A stretch of DNA of 24,000 nt, taken from contig CAYLVT010000005.1 in assembly GCA_964387195.1 (NCBI GenBank), positions 1 to 24,000 on the forward strand, given 5' to 3'. Origin of the DNA: an uncultured Acholeplasmataceae bacterium (GTDB lineage Bacteria > Bacillota_I > Bacilli_A > Acholeplasmatales > UBA5453). Every line of letters begins with the position of its first letter. Positions within the stretch are counted from its first letter, which is position 1. This document shows, piece after piece, positions 1 through 9,280 of this stretch. The position numbers and the translations under genes are program-made. Below the pieces are notes generated by a model. It was not told the DNA's origin and made no database searches. It saw only the letters and a list, made by a program, of their open reading frames with translations.

Positions 1-264
1 GATGGAAGGTTAGTCCCGTTTGAAAAAATTAGAACCTCTTCAAAAGCGCGTGCTCGATTTATTGAACTTGCAAAACAAGAAATTGATGCGGGTGTCGTTG
101 GTGTCTTTTTAGCTTATACCAACAACAAAGAATACGTAGAAGATATTAAACAAGAACTCCTAGAGTATAATCCCAATATAGAGATTAAAGTTGTTCCCTT
201 AACCCCAGTAGTAGGTGCACACGCAGGCCCTGGTACTTGTGGGTTTGGCGTCATTAGAAAGTAA
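1..264 (+). CDS. DegV family (fatty-acid-binding) protein, C-terminal fragment, 5' truncated by window
   Basis: Frame 1 reads ...GKLVPFEKIRTSSKARARFIELAKQEIDAGVVGVFLAYTNNKEYVEDIKQELLEYNPNIEIKVVPLTPVVGAHAGPGTCGFGVIRK*, with the typical DegV C-terminal 'VVGAHAGPGTxG' motif. Confidence 0.8.
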   Translation, partial: DGRLVPFEKIRTSSKARARFIELAKQEIDAGVVGVFLAYTNNKEYVEDIKQELLEYNPNIEIKVVPLTPVVGAHAGPGTCGFGVIRK

Positions 265-271
265 ATAAATC

Positions 272-308
272 ACCCTCTAAAAATTAACAGTTTTTAGAGG
301 GTCTTTTT
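272..308 (+). terminator. Rho-independent terminator after degV-like gene
   Basis: Perfect 12-bp inverted repeat ACCCTCTAAAAA/TTTTTAGAGGGT with 7-nt loop, followed by CTTTTT. Confidence 0.9.
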
Positions 309-309
309 A

Positions 310-318
310 TGATATAAT
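310..318 (+). promoter_or_regulatory. Extended -10 promoter for glcK
   Basis: TG-A-TATAAT at 310-318, no good -35; RBS AAAGGTGAT just upstream of ATG 342. Confidence 0.6.
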
Positions 319-341
319 GATAAAAGAAAAAGGTGATAATA

Positions 342-1271
342 ATGAACTATATTTTTGGAATTGATATTGGAGGTACTAGTGTTAAAATAGGTCTATTTAA
401 AGACGATCAATTAATCGAAAAATATCAAATACCTTCAAACACAACCGATAAAGGAAAATATGTCTTAGAAGATATTTCTAAAAAAGTAAAAGCCATTTTA
501 AACGATAAAAACATCCAACTAGAAGACGTATTAGGCTTTGGTTTTGGTGTCCCTGGACCGGTCGTTCGTAATTTTGTCATAAAATGTGCGAATTTAGGGT
601 GGGAAAATGTCGAGCTTGATAAAGAATTTAAAGCTCTCATGGGTCAAGATGTATTAGTAAAAGTTGGTAATGATGCCACCGTAGCCGCAATCGGTGAATA
701 TACAAAGATGTCGATTGATAAAAGCATTGTTTTTGTTACGCTTGGAACGGGTGTGGGTGGTGGCATCATCACAAACGGAAAATGGCTTGAAGGTGCTACA
801 GGTGCAGCTGGAGAAATAGGACATATAAACATTGATAAATTAGGTGTTATGTGTTCTTGTGGAAACCGTGGCTGTCTAGAAACTATCGCAAGTATTAGAG
901 GATGGAATAGACTTGTGTTAGAAGTGATTAATGAAGGTAAATTAACGACTAAACTCGATAAAAACAACTTAAATCCTCGGTTCATTCATACCCTCGCAAA
1001 AGAAGGGGATGAAGTGGGTATAGAAGTGGTTAAAAGAGTGTCAGATGCACTGGCTTATGCGTGTGCTAATATTGCGGCAATTGTCAATCCTGATGCGTTT
1101 ATTATTGGCGGAGGGATATCAAATGCGGGCTGGATTTTAATAGAAAACCTAGAAAAGTATTATGAAAAATATGCGTTTTATGGGGTAAAAAACACAAAAT
1201 TTGAACTGGCAAAGCTTGGCAATGATGCAGGCATGTATGGGTGCTATTACATGGTTAAGAAACATGATTAA
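342..1271 (+). CDS. glcK: ROK family glucokinase
   Basis: FGIDIGGTSVKIGLF N-terminus, GTGVGGGI and CSCGNRGCLE ROK zinc motif. Start at ATG 342 (preceded by SD) is preferred over GTG 333. Confidence 0.88.
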   Translation: MNYIFGIDIGGTSVKIGLFKDDQLIEKYQIPSNTTDKGKYVLEDISKKVKAILNDKNIQLEDVLGFGFGVPGPVVRNFVIKCANLGWENVELDKEFKALMGQDVLVKVGNDATVAAIGEYTKMSIDKSIVFVTLGTGVGGGIITNGKWLEGATGAAGEIGHINIDKLGVMCSCGNRGCLETIASIRGWNRLVLEVINEGKLTTKLDKNNLNPRFIHTLAKEGDEVGIEVVKRVSDALAYACANIAAIVNPDAFIIGGGISNAGWILIENLEKYYEKYAFYGVKNTKFELAKLGNDAGMYGCYYMVKKHD

Positions 1272-2781
1272 GTTTATTAACAAAAAAACAGTTTCAGGTT
1301 ATATATATCATATGGAGAAGGAACTGGTTAATGAAGGAGAAAAGTTGTCGGTTGAAGCAGAAAGCCAACTCTTTCATAACGCAAAAGATTCTTGTGTCAA
1401 TGATTTGTTTTTAGTAGAAGAAAAAACAACAGGTATTGTAAGAGATATCGTTAGAGTACATCGTATGTTTTTAGAAGACCCTAAAGTCATCGAAGAAACA
1501 TTAACGCTTATTAAAGAAGGAAATTCAAGAGGCTATAGTTATACAAAAGTTGTGGATAAATACATTAACTATTTAAAAAATAATAACGATGAGTATCTTA
1601 TTAAACGGATTGATGATTTTATCGATATTAAATACCGGATGTTAATGAGAATGTATAAACAAAAAATAGAACAATCCTTCAATAAAGATACGATTGTTGT
1701 GGTTGATCAGTTACTACCTTCTTTGGTTTTTAATGCCCCACCTAAAGTTGTGGGTATCATTTCTAAAACAGGTTCTGCATTAACGCATGCGGCTATTTTA
1801 GCAAAAGAAAAGGGTATAAGCTATGTAGTTACAAATAAACGCTTTAAAGAAGACAGTCTAGTTATTTTAGATAGCGAACAAAATAGGATTATTGAAAACC
1901 CAACAAAAGACTTACTTAAAATCGCTAAAGAAAGTAACATTATCCATAAACTAACTCAGGAAGATACCTTTAATACCAGTGGGTTTCATCTTTATTTAAA
2001 TCTTTCTAGTAGCGAATCTATTGATAAACTTGTTAAAAACCACATTGAAGGTGTTGGTTTATTTAGGACAGAACACATTGTTCTAGGCAGTGAAATATAC
2101 CCAACCTTTGAAACACAAGTTGTCATTTATAAGCATCTTTTAAAACAAATGTATCCTAAAAAGGTTAAAATTCGATTGTTTGATTTTACGGGCGATAAAA
2201 AGTTATTTTTCTTAAACAATGAGTTTATTGATTCCTTTCAACTCTTTGGAATACTTCATCATGTGTATGAAGAGCAATTAAAAGCATTACTTTTCTCAAA
2301 CGAGGGATTAGGTAACTTAGAAGTGATGATTCCAATGATTAGAGATGATAAAGAATTTAGCCATGTAAAAGATTTAATCCAAACGCTAAAAGAGACACAT
2401 AATCTAAAAGGAGAAGTGCCTAATGTAGGTATTATGATGGAAACAAAAGAAGGTTTTAATCAGATTTTAAAATATAAAGATGTCGCTTTCATGAGTATTG
2501 GAACCAATGATTTATCGTATGAGTTGTTTGGGATATCTAGAGAAAAAGCGATAGATTATCATCATTATGCAAAACTGATGATAGAACCGATTAAAACCAT
2601 CTCACAATTTTGTAGGAAACATCAAATTGAGTATAGCATTTGTGGGGATTTAGCGAGTCATGAAGATGCGTTAACTAAACTTATTCATGCCCAGGAAAAA
2701 CACTTTTCAATCCCACATGCGTTTTTAAAACAAGCCTTAACAATTATCGATTTATACAACAAACAACCAGAAAAAAGATGA
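1264..2781 (+). CDS. ptsI: Divergent PTS enzyme I-like PEP-utilising phosphotransferase
   Basis: Motifs TGSALTHAAILAK (phospho-His region), GVGLFRTE, IRLFDFTGDKK, GIMMETKEG, FMSIGTNDLS, YSICGDLA. ATG 1264 overlaps the glcK stop. The track start at 1201 lies inside glcK and is unlikely. Confidence 0.75.
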   Translation: MIKFINKKTVSGYIYHMEKELVNEGEKLSVEAESQLFHNAKDSCVNDLFLVEEKTTGIVRDIVRVHRMFLEDPKVIEETLTLIKEGNSRGYSYTKVVDKYINYLKNNNDEYLIKRIDDFIDIKYRMLMRMYKQKIEQSFNKDTIVVVDQLLPSLVFNAPPKVVGIISKTGSALTHAAILAKEKGISYVVTNKRFKEDSLVILDSEQNRIIENPTKDLLKIAKESNIIHKLTQEDTFNTSGFHLYLNLSSSESIDKLVKNHIEGVGLFRTEHIVLGSEIYPTFETQVVIYKHLLKQMYPKKVKIRLFDFTGDKKLFFLNNEFIDSFQLFGILHHVYEEQLKALLFSNEGLGNLEVMIPMIRDDKEFSHVKDLIQTLKETHNLKGEVPNVGIMMETKEGFNQILKYKDVAFMSIGTNDLSYELFGISREKAIDYHHYAKLMIEPIKTISQFCRKHQIEYSICGDLASHEDALTKLIHAQEKHFSIPHAFLKQALTIIDLYNKQPEKR

Positions 2782-2851
2782 AAATAACACATTTATTATA
2801 TATATAATAATCGCTTTATAAAGGCAAAATACGAAGACTTAATAATAAAGA

Positions 2852-2904
2852 GAAGCAAAGTTGCAAAAAATTTAGTTAAAAAAGGTTGCACTTTCTTCTT
2901 TTTT
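2852..2904 (+). terminator. Candidate terminator after ptsI-like gene, overlapping the rpsJ promoter
   Basis: GAAG-c-AAAG-t-TGCA (2852-2865) pairs with TGCACTTTCTTC (2887-2898), followed by TTTTTT (2899-2904). Two bulges and a 21-nt loop. Confidence 0.45.
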
Positions 2905-2914
2905 ATTATATAAT
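2886..2914 (+). promoter_or_regulatory. Strong sigma-A-type promoter for the S10-spc-alpha operon
   Basis: TTGCAC (2886-2891), 17-nt spacer, TATAAT (2909-2914). Confidence 0.85.
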
Positions 2915-2920
2915 AACTAA

Positions 2921-3050
2921 CGCTTGCGCATTTAGCAAGAAGGCTTTGAGGCGGGAGGTTGTTGGCACACGGGTAGCCGTTGTTAGTGTGCCGGGGTATT
3001 TCCGCTTAGCAAGTCTATACACAGATTATAGGCGAAAGGAGATTAGAATA
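2921..3050 (+). promoter_or_regulatory. Structured 5' leader of the S10 operon mRNA (candidate cis-regulatory RNA)
   Basis: Locally GC-richer. Hairpins CTTGC/GCAAG (2923-2927/2935-2939), GCGGGA/TTTCCGC region (2951-2956/3000-3005), GGCACAC/GTGTGCC (2964-2970/2986-2992), CTATA/TATAG (3015-3019/3027-3031), then SD AAAGGAGA. Confidence 0.65.
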
Positions 3051-3359
3051 ATGGCAAAAGAAGTAATTAAAATTCGTTTAAAGGCATATGATCATAGACT
3101 CATTGACCAATCAGCGAAAAAGATTATCGAAAGCGTTAGAAAATCAGGCGCAGAAGTAAAGGGACCAATTCCCCTACCTACTCAAAAAGAAATTTTCACG
3201 ATTTTAAGAAGTCCACACGTAAACAAAGACTCTCGTGAACAATTTGAAAGAAGAACGCACAAACGCTTAATCGAAATCGTTGAGCCAAACGCTCAAACCA
3301 TTGAAGCCCTTATGCACATCGATTTACCAAGTGGTGTGGATATCGTGCTTAAGAAGTAA
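3051..3359 (+). CDS. rpsJ: 30S ribosomal protein S10
   Basis: [25 protein letters not shown]; SD AAAGGAG upstream of ATG 3051. The track start at 2886 is inside the leader. Confidence 0.97.
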   Translation: MAKEVIKIRLKAYDHRLIDQSAKKIIESVRKSGAEVKGPIPLPTQKEIFTILRSPHVNKDSREQFERRTHKRLIEIVEPNAQTIEALMHIDLPSGVDIVLKK

Positions 3360-3387
3360 ACAATAACTTAGAAAAGGAGAAACAAAC

Positions 3388-4035
3388 ATGGCCAAAGGAA
3401 TCTTAGGTAGAAAACTTGGGATGACACAAATTTTCAATGAAAACGGTCATCTCATCCCTGTATCTGTTATCGATGTTGCTAACAACGTTGTCTTACAACA
3501 AAAAACACTTGAAACAGATGGATATGTCGCAACTCAGCTTGGGTTTGACGACAAAAGGGAAACATTATCAAACAAGCCAGAACAAGGGCACGTTTCAAAA
3601 GCTAACACAGCACCTAAGCGCTTCATTAAAGAAATCCGCTTTGATAGAGTGCTTAACGAGCTTACAAACTTAGCGGTAGGCGATACAGTTTCTGGTGATA
3701 TATTTAGTGAAGGTGAATTCGTAGATGTTCAAGGCATCTCTCGTGGTAAAGGTTTCCAAGGAAACATCAAACGTCACAATCAATCAGTCGGATTTATGTC
3801 TCACGGTTCTCGTTATCATAGAGGACCTGGATCAATGGGTGCGATTAAAGGTAAATTAAAAGGTAAACCATTACCTGGTCAAATGGGTTCAGTTACAAAA
3901 ACCATTCAAAACCTCGAAATCGTTAAAGTTGATAAAGAAAGAGGCCTAATTTTAGTGAAAGGTTCTATCCCAGGACCTAAAAAAGGTTTAGTAGTTATTA
4001 AATCAGCTATTAAACATGTTGGTAAAGGAGTATAA
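3388..4035 (+). CDS. rplC: 50S ribosomal protein L3
   Basis: [16 protein letters not shown]; FQGNIKRH, [13 protein letters not shown]. Confidence 0.97.
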   Translation: MAKGILGRKLGMTQIFNENGHLIPVSVIDVANNVVLQQKTLETDGYVATQLGFDDKRETLSNKPEQGHVSKANTAPKRFIKEIRFDRVLNELTNLAVGDTVSGDIFSEGEFVDVQGISRGKGFQGNIKRHNQSVGFMSHGSRYHRGPGSMGAIKGKLKGKPLPGQMGSVTKTIQNLEIVKVDKERGLILVKGSIPGPKKGLVVIKSAIKHVGKGV

Positions 4036-4037
4036 CA

Positions 4038-4655
4038 ATGCAAGTACAAGTTTATAAACAAGATGGTTCTAAAGCCTCTTTACTAACATTAAATGATCAA
4101 ATCTTTGGTATTGAGCCAAACACTCAAGTCTTATATGATGTTGTGAATGCTCAAAGAGCGGCAATGCGTCAAGGTACGGCAGATACAAAAGGTAGATCTG
4201 AAGTACGCGGTGGTGGAAAGAAACCATGGCGTCAAAAAGGAACTGGTCGTGCAAGACATGGTTCAAGAAGAAGCCCAATTTGGGTAGGTGGAGGCGTTAC
4301 ATTTGGACCTACACCTAGAAGTTATGCAGTTAAAGTGAACAAAAAAGTTGGACGCTTAGCATTAAAGAGTGCCTTAGCACTTCACTTCCAAAGAGAACAA
4401 CTGATTGTTTTAGATAAAATCGACATTAACGAACCTAAAACAAAGCAGTTTAACGAAGTACTAAATAACCTATCCATTGATTCACGTGTTTTATTTGTGG
4501 ATGTTGATTTTTCAGATAACGCAATTTTATCTGCAAGAAATATTCCATATGTATCATTAGAGAACGCGTCACACACGAGCGTGTATCAATTAATGAACTG
4601 TTCAAAACTCGTTTTAACAGTGGATGCGGTTAAATATTTTGAGGAGGTCCTTTAA
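4038..4655 (+). CDS. rplD: 50S ribosomal protein L4
   Basis: RQGTADTKGRSEVRGGGKKPWRQKGTGRARHGSRRSP motif; position between rplC and rplW. Confidence 0.97.
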   Translation: MQVQVYKQDGSKASLLTLNDQIFGIEPNTQVLYDVVNAQRAAMRQGTADTKGRSEVRGGGKKPWRQKGTGRARHGSRRSPIWVGGGVTFGPTPRSYAVKVNKKVGRLALKSALALHFQREQLIVLDKIDINEPKTKQFNEVLNNLSIDSRVLFVDVDFSDNAILSARNIPYVSLENASHTSVYQLMNCSKLVLTVDAVKYFEEVL

Positions 4656-4656
4656 A

Positions 4657-4944
4657 ATGACAAAATATTATGAAATTATTAAAGAACCTATTATTACAGA
4701 ACAATCTACAAAAATGATAGAAGGCGAAAACACCTATACATTTAAAGTAGATAAAAGAGCAAACAAAATTGAAATCAAAAATGCAGTAGAACATATTTTC
4801 AAAGTACACGTATTAAGAGTAAATACGGTTAACGTACCTAGAAAGTTCAAACGTATGGGGCAACATGAAGGGTTTAAACCTGCCTATAAGAAAGCATACG
4901 TTACACTTGCTGAAGGCGAAAAAATAGACGCCTTTGCGATTTAA
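4657..4944 (+). CDS. rplW: 50S ribosomal protein L23
   Basis: MTKYYEIIKEPIITEQSTKM; start 4657 follows GAGGAGG. Confidence 0.95.
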   Translation: MTKYYEIIKEPIITEQSTKMIEGENTYTFKVDKRANKIEIKNAVEHIFKVHVLRVNTVNVPRKFKRMGQHEGFKPAYKKAYVTLAEGEKIDAFAI

Positions 4945-4970
4945 TTTGATAATTAAAGGAGAATTAACTT

Positions 4971-5801
4971 ATGGCGGTTAAAAATTATAAACCTACGACA
5001 AATGGTCGTAGAAATATGAGCGTATTAACGTTTGAAGATATTACGACAACGACTCCTGAAAAATCATTATTAAAGCCATTACACAAAAAAGCAGGTAGAA
5101 ACCATTCTGGTAAAGTTACCGTACGTCATCAAGGTGGCGGTGCAAAGAGAAAATACCGTGTAATTGATTTTAAAAGAAATAAAGATGATATAGTAGGAAA
5201 AGTTGCAACCATTGAATACGATCCAAACAGAAGTGCAAACATCGCTTTGATCCATTATATTGATGGTGAAAAGAGATACATCATTGCGCCTAAAGATATT
5301 AGTGTTGGGATGACTGTAGAAAGTGGTATGAAAGTAGATATTAAAGTAGGTAATGCAATGCCTATTATGAATATTCCTGTAGGTACTGTGGTACACAATA
5401 TTGAATTATCCCCTGGTAAAGGTGGTCAAATTGCAAGAAGTGCGGGCACAAGTGCTCAAATTCTTGGTAGAGAAGACAAATACGTTTTAATGAGACTATC
5501 TTCAGGTGAAGTTCGAAAGATATTAGGTACTTGCCGTGCAACCATTGGTGAGGTTGGTAATGAATCTCATGAATTAGTAACCATTGGTAAGGCAGGAAGA
5601 AAAAGACACATGGGCGTTAGACCTACCGTTCGTGGTTCTGCAATGAACCCAGTGGATCACCCACATGGTGGTGGTGAAGGTAGAGCACCTATTGGTAGAA
5701 AGAGCCCAATGAGTCCATGGGGCAAACCAGCTCGTGGTATTAAAACGAGAGATTCTAAGAAGGCTTCTAACGATTTAATCGTAAGAAGAAGAACGAAGTA
5801 G
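4971..5801 (+). CDS. rplB: 50S ribosomal protein L2
   Basis: [18 protein letters not shown]; [22 protein letters not shown]; [14 protein letters not shown]. Confidence 0.98.
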   Translation: MAVKNYKPTTNGRRNMSVLTFEDITTTTPEKSLLKPLHKKAGRNHSGKVTVRHQGGGAKRKYRVIDFKRNKDDIVGKVATIEYDPNRSANIALIHYIDGEKRYIIAPKDISVGMTVESGMKVDIKVGNAMPIMNIPVGTVVHNIELSPGKGGQIARSAGTSAQILGREDKYVLMRLSSGEVRKILGTCRATIGEVGNESHELVTIGKAGRKRHMGVRPTVRGSAMNPVDHPHGGGEGRAPIGRKSPMSPWGKPARGIKTRDSKKASNDLIVRRRTK

Positions 5802-5811
5802 GAGGGTACAT

Positions 5812-6090
5812 ATGGCACGTTCAGTAAAAAAAGGACCTTTTGTTGATGAACATTTAATGAATAAAGTTCTAACTCAAAAGAAAACAAAAGAAAATAAAGT
5901 TATCCAAACTTGGTCTCGAAGATCAACAGTGTTCCCAGAATTTATCGGACACACAATAGCGGTGTACAACGGTAAAGAACATGTACCAATCTACATTACA
6001 GAAGATATGGTAGGGCATAAATTAGGTGAGTTTGCGCCCACTAGAACATTCCGCGGTCACGCAGGCGATAGAAAGGCTGTTAAGAAATAA
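5812..6090 (+). CDS. rpsS: 30S ribosomal protein S19
   Basis: [15 protein letters not shown]; [27 protein letters not shown]. Confidence 0.98.
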   Translation: MARSVKKGPFVDEHLMNKVLTQKKTKENKVIQTWSRRSTVFPEFIGHTIAVYNGKEHVPIYITEDMVGHKLGEFAPTRTFRGHAGDRKAVKK

Positions 6091-6425
6091 TGGAAGCTAG
6101 AGCCATTGCAAAAACCGTAAGAATTGCACCTAGAAAAGCAAGATTAGTCATTGATCTGGTAAGAGGTTTAGACATTCAAGAAGCGCAAGCGGTATTAATG
6201 TATACACCTAAAGCTGCATCACCTGTTATTTTAAAATTAATAAATAGCGCAGCGGCAAACGCAGAACATAACTATCAGATGGACACATCAAAACTATACG
6301 TCAAAGAAGCTTATGTCAACGAAGGTATTACAATGAAAAGACTACTACCTCGTGCTAAAGGACAAGGCGACATCATTAAAAAGCGCACAAGCCACATTAC
6401 GGTGGTTTTAGCGGAAAGGGAATAG
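6090..6425 (+). CDS. rplV: 50S ribosomal protein L22
   Basis: [25 protein letters not shown]; [20 protein letters not shown]; TAATG overlap with rpsS. Confidence 0.97.
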   Translation: MEARAIAKTVRIAPRKARLVIDLVRGLDIQEAQAVLMYTPKAASPVILKLINSAAANAEHNYQMDTSKLYVKEAYVNEGITMKRLLPRAKGQGDIIKKRTSHITVVLAERE

Positions 6426-6434
6426 GAGGATACT

Positions 6435-7157
6435 ATGGGTCAAAAAGTGAGTCCAACCGGACTTAGAATAGGAATTAACAAAGAATGGGATTCGAATTGG
6501 TACGCTGATAAGAACCGTGTTCCTGCATTAATTAAAGAAGACTACGAAATCCGTAAATTCCTAAATAAAACGTATAAAAGGGCTGAAGTAGCTCAAATTC
6601 AAATTGAAAGATTAAAAGGGAAAGCTAAAGATAGAGTAAAAATTACACTTCATACAGCTAAACCTGGTATGGTTATAGGTCAAAATGCTGAAAATAAAAA
6701 CAAAGCAGTAGCGACTTTAGAACATATGACTAAAAAAGAAATCATCTTAAATGTGGTTGAAGTAAGACGTCCAGAGTTAAATGCACAATTGGTTGCAGAT
6801 TCAATTGCTAGACAATTAGAAGCAAGAGCATCGTTTAGAAGAGTTCAAAAAATCGCAATCCAAAGAGCATTAAGAAGTGGCGCTAAAGGGGTTAGAACAT
6901 TAGTTTCAGGACGCCTTGGCGGTGCGGAAATTGCGAGAGCTGAAGGGTATTCTGAAGGTAGAGTATCACTACACACTCTACGCGCAGACATTGACTATGC
7001 GACAGCTGAAGCGGATACCACTTATGGAAAACTTGGTGTGAAGGTTTGGATTTATAAAGGTGAAATACTACCTGGTCAAAAACCAAGAACTGAAGAACCA
7101 AGAAGACCTAGAAGACGTAGAGGAGGTAACCGCAATGCTCATTCCAAAGAGAACTAA
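6435..7157 (+). CDS. rpsC: 30S ribosomal protein S3
   Basis: [24 protein letters not shown]; [32 protein letters not shown]. Confidence 0.98.
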   Translation: MGQKVSPTGLRIGINKEWDSNWYADKNRVPALIKEDYEIRKFLNKTYKRAEVAQIQIERLKGKAKDRVKITLHTAKPGMVIGQNAENKNKAVATLEHMTKKEIILNVVEVRRPELNAQLVADSIARQLEARASFRRVQKIAIQRALRSGAKGVRTLVSGRLGGAEIARAEGYSEGRVSLHTLRADIDYATAEADTTYGKLGVKVWIYKGEILPGQKPRTEEPRRPRRRRGGNRNAHSKEN

Positions 7158-7551
7158 ATACAGACGCCCTCATAGAATTTCATATGAAGGTAAAGCAAAA
7201 GGTAACTTAACCGTTCAAAACGGTGAATGGGGCTTAATGGCTTTAGAGGGTGCTTGGATTACAAATAGACAAATTGAAGCATCACGTATCGCAATCACAA
7301 GACATATGAAACGTGTTGGTAAAGTATGGATTAACATTTATCCACATTTATCAAAAACGAAAAAACCTCTTGAAGTACGTATGGGTAGTGGTAAAGGGGC
7401 ACCAGATTCATGGGTTGCCGTAGTTAAACAAGGTAAAGTAATGTTTGAAGTTGGTGGCGTTTCTGAAGAAATAGCTAAAGAAGCGTTACGCTTAGCAAGC
7501 CATAAATTACCGATTAGAACAAAAATAGTTCGTAAGGTTGGTGACGAGTAA
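7135..7551 (+). CDS. rplP: 50S ribosomal protein L16
   Basis: [23 protein letters not shown]; start 7135 follows AGGAGG embedded in rpsC. Confidence 0.96.
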   Translation: MLIPKRTKYRRPHRISYEGKAKGNLTVQNGEWGLMALEGAWITNRQIEASRIAITRHMKRVGKVWINIYPHLSKTKKPLEVRMGSGKGAPDSWVAVVKQGKVMFEVGGVSEEIAKEALRLASHKLPIRTKIVRKVGDE

Positions 7552-7739
7552 TGAAAGCACAAGAAATTAGAAAGTTATCTACACAAGATTTAGAAACACG
7601 AGTTAGCGAATTAAAAATTGAATTATTTAACTTAAGATTTCAACTTGCGGTAGGTCAATTAGAAAACACAGCAAGAATTTCACAAGTAAGAAAACTCATT
7701 GCTCAAATGAAAACCATCATCACGGAGCGTAAGGAGTAG
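7551..7739 (+). CDS. rpmC: 50S ribosomal protein L29
   Basis: [31 protein letters not shown]; TAATG overlap with rplP. Confidence 0.95.
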   Translation: MKAQEIRKLSTQDLETRVSELKIELFNLRFQLAVGQLENTARISQVRKLIAQMKTIITERKE

Positions 7740-7742
7740 TAT

Positions 7743-8000
7743 ATGAGAAACGTAAGAAAACAATTTGCAGGTACGGTTGTATCCGATAAATCAGATAAAA
7801 CAATTGTTGTTTCTGTTGATCGTTATAAAAAACATAGATTATACGGAAAAAGAGTTAAAGTCTCTAAAAAATTCCACGTTCACGACGAAGACAATCAAGC
7901 AAAAATAGGCGACAAAGTCTTATTCCAAGAATGCCGTCCTATTTCTAAAACGAAATCATTTAGATTAGTTAAGATTGTTGAAGTTGCTGAAGTGTTATAA
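7743..8000 (+). CDS. rpsQ: 30S ribosomal protein S17
   Basis: [32 protein letters not shown]; [21 protein letters not shown]. Confidence 0.96.
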   Translation: MRNVRKQFAGTVVSDKSDKTIVVSVDRYKKHRLYGKRVKVSKKFHVHDEDNQAKIGDKVLFQECRPISKTKSFRLVKIVEVAEVL

Positions 8001-8010
8001 GGAGGCAACC

Positions 8011-8379
8011 ATGATACAACAAGAAAGTAGATTAAATATCGCCGATAACTCAGGCGCAAGAGAAGTATTAGTTATTAAAGTTTTAGGCGGCACAAGAAGA
8101 AGATACGCTAACATTGGCGATGTTGTAACTGTGACCGTTAAAAAAGCTGCTCCAAACTCAGCCGTTAAAAAAGGTGAAATTGTTAAAGCTGTTATTGTGA
8201 GAACAAAAACAGGTTTAAGAAGAAAAGATGGTTCATACATTAAGTTTGATGATAATGCAGCAGTTATTATTAAAGAAGATTTAAACCCACGTGGAACAAG
8301 AATATTTGGTCCGGTGGCAAGAGAGTTAAGAGAAAAGAATTTCATGAGAATTATATCTCTAGCTCCAGAAGTACTTTAG
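8011..8379 (+). CDS. rplN: 50S ribosomal protein L14
   Basis: [27 protein letters not shown]; start 8011 follows AAGGAGG. Confidence 0.97.
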   Translation: MIQQESRLNIADNSGAREVLVIKVLGGTRRRYANIGDVVTVTVKKAAPNSAVKKGEIVKAVIVRTKTGLRRKDGSYIKFDDNAAVIIKEDLNPRGTRIFGPVARELREKNFMRIISLAPEVL

Positions 8380-8388
8380 GAGGATATT

Positions 8389-8730
8389 ATGCATATAAAA
8401 GTTGGAGATACTGTTGCTGTTATTGCTGGTAAAAATAAATATACCATCGATAAAAAAGGCAAGAAAACACGTACAACTGGTACCGTATTAAGATCATTTC
8501 CTAAAGAAAATAGAGTTTTGGTTCAAGGGGTTAACATGGTTAAAAAACATCAAGCCCCCACACAAACCAATGAATCAGGAACCATTGTTACAATTGAAGC
8601 ACCAATTCATGTTTCAAATGTAATGATTGTTGATCCTAAATTAGGTGTACCAACACGTATTGGTTATAAAATTGTAAATGGGGAAAAGGTTCGCTACGCT
8701 AAAAAGTCTGGCGAAATCCTAGATAAGTAG
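8389..8730 (+). CDS. rplX: 50S ribosomal protein L24
   Basis: [17 protein letters not shown] (KOW) and [13 protein letters not shown]. Confidence 0.95.
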   Translation: MHIKVGDTVAVIAGKNKYTIDKKGKKTRTTGTVLRSFPKENRVLVQGVNMVKKHQAPTQTNESGTIVTIEAPIHVSNVMIVDPKLGVPTRIGYKIVNGEKVRYAKKSGEILDK

Positions 8731-8737
8731 GTGTATT

Positions 8738-9274
8738 ATGAGTAGATTAAGAGATCATTATGAAACAATTAAACCAGAATTAATGAAAACATTTAACTAC
8801 ACATCCGTCATGGAAGTTCCAAAAATCGAAAAGATTGTAGTGAATATGGGTGTGGGTGATGCGGTTGCTAACCCTAAAGCCTTAGATGACGCTGTTGTTG
8901 AACTTGGTTTAATCACCGGTCAAAAACCCATTGTCAGTAAAGCTAAAAAATCAATCGCTAACTTCAAATTAAGAGAAGGTATGGCCATTGGTTGTAAAGT
9001 AACCCTTAGAGGGGAAAGAATGTATTATTTCTTAGATAAACTCATCTCAATCGCTCTACCAAGAGTAAGAGATTTTAGAGGGGTATCTAAAGAATCATTT
9101 GATGGCCGAGGTAACTATACACTCGGAGTTAAGGAACAATTAATATTCCCAGAAATTAACTATGATAACGTTAAAAAAGTTAGAGGAATGGATATTGTTA
9201 TCGTAACAACGGCTAAAACCGATGAAGAAGGCAGAGCGCTTTTAAAACAACTCGGTATGCCGTTTAGAAAGTAG
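8738..9274 (+). CDS. rplE: 50S ribosomal protein L5
   Basis: [19 protein letters not shown]; [32 protein letters not shown]. Confidence 0.97.
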   Translation: MSRLRDHYETIKPELMKTFNYTSVMEVPKIEKIVVNMGVGDAVANPKALDDAVVELGLITGQKPIVSKAKKSIANFKLREGMAIGCKVTLRGERMYYFLDKLISIALPRVRDFRGVSKESFDGRGNYTLGVKEQLIFPEINYDNVKKVRGMDIVIVTTAKTDEEGRALLKQLGMPFRK

Positions 9275-9280
9275 GATAAT

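Noticed and set aside
425-985. Minus-strand ORFs 425-640 and 644-985 antisense to glcK
   Set aside because: They are shadow ORFs fully inside a strong conserved CDS, with no family similarity and no RBS or promoter context.
1201-1263. Track start of the ptsI-like ORF at 1201
   Set aside because: It lies inside glcK in another frame with no EI-like similarity. ATG 1264 is the more parsimonious start.
2794-2850. TA-repeat and CTTTATAAAG palindrome (2814-2823) in the ptsI-rpsJ spacer
   Set aside because: Short and expected by chance in AT-rich intergenic DNA; no T-run and no clear function.
2886-3050. N-terminal extension of rpsJ ORF ([19 protein letters not shown]...)
   Set aside because: It covers the promoter and structured leader, S10 orthologues start at [10 protein letters not shown], and there is an SD directly before ATG 3051.
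3437-3673. Alternate-frame ORF inside rplC (78 aa)
   Set aside because: Low-complexity out-of-frame ORF within a conserved ribosomal gene.
7995-8345. 116-aa minus-strand ORF antisense to rplN, and similar antisense ORFs at 4069, 4382, 5079, 5657, 6892, 7338, 11878, 12895, 14837, 16449, 20389 and 22007
   Set aside because: All are opposite well-conserved genes, with unlikely protein composition and no independent expression signals.
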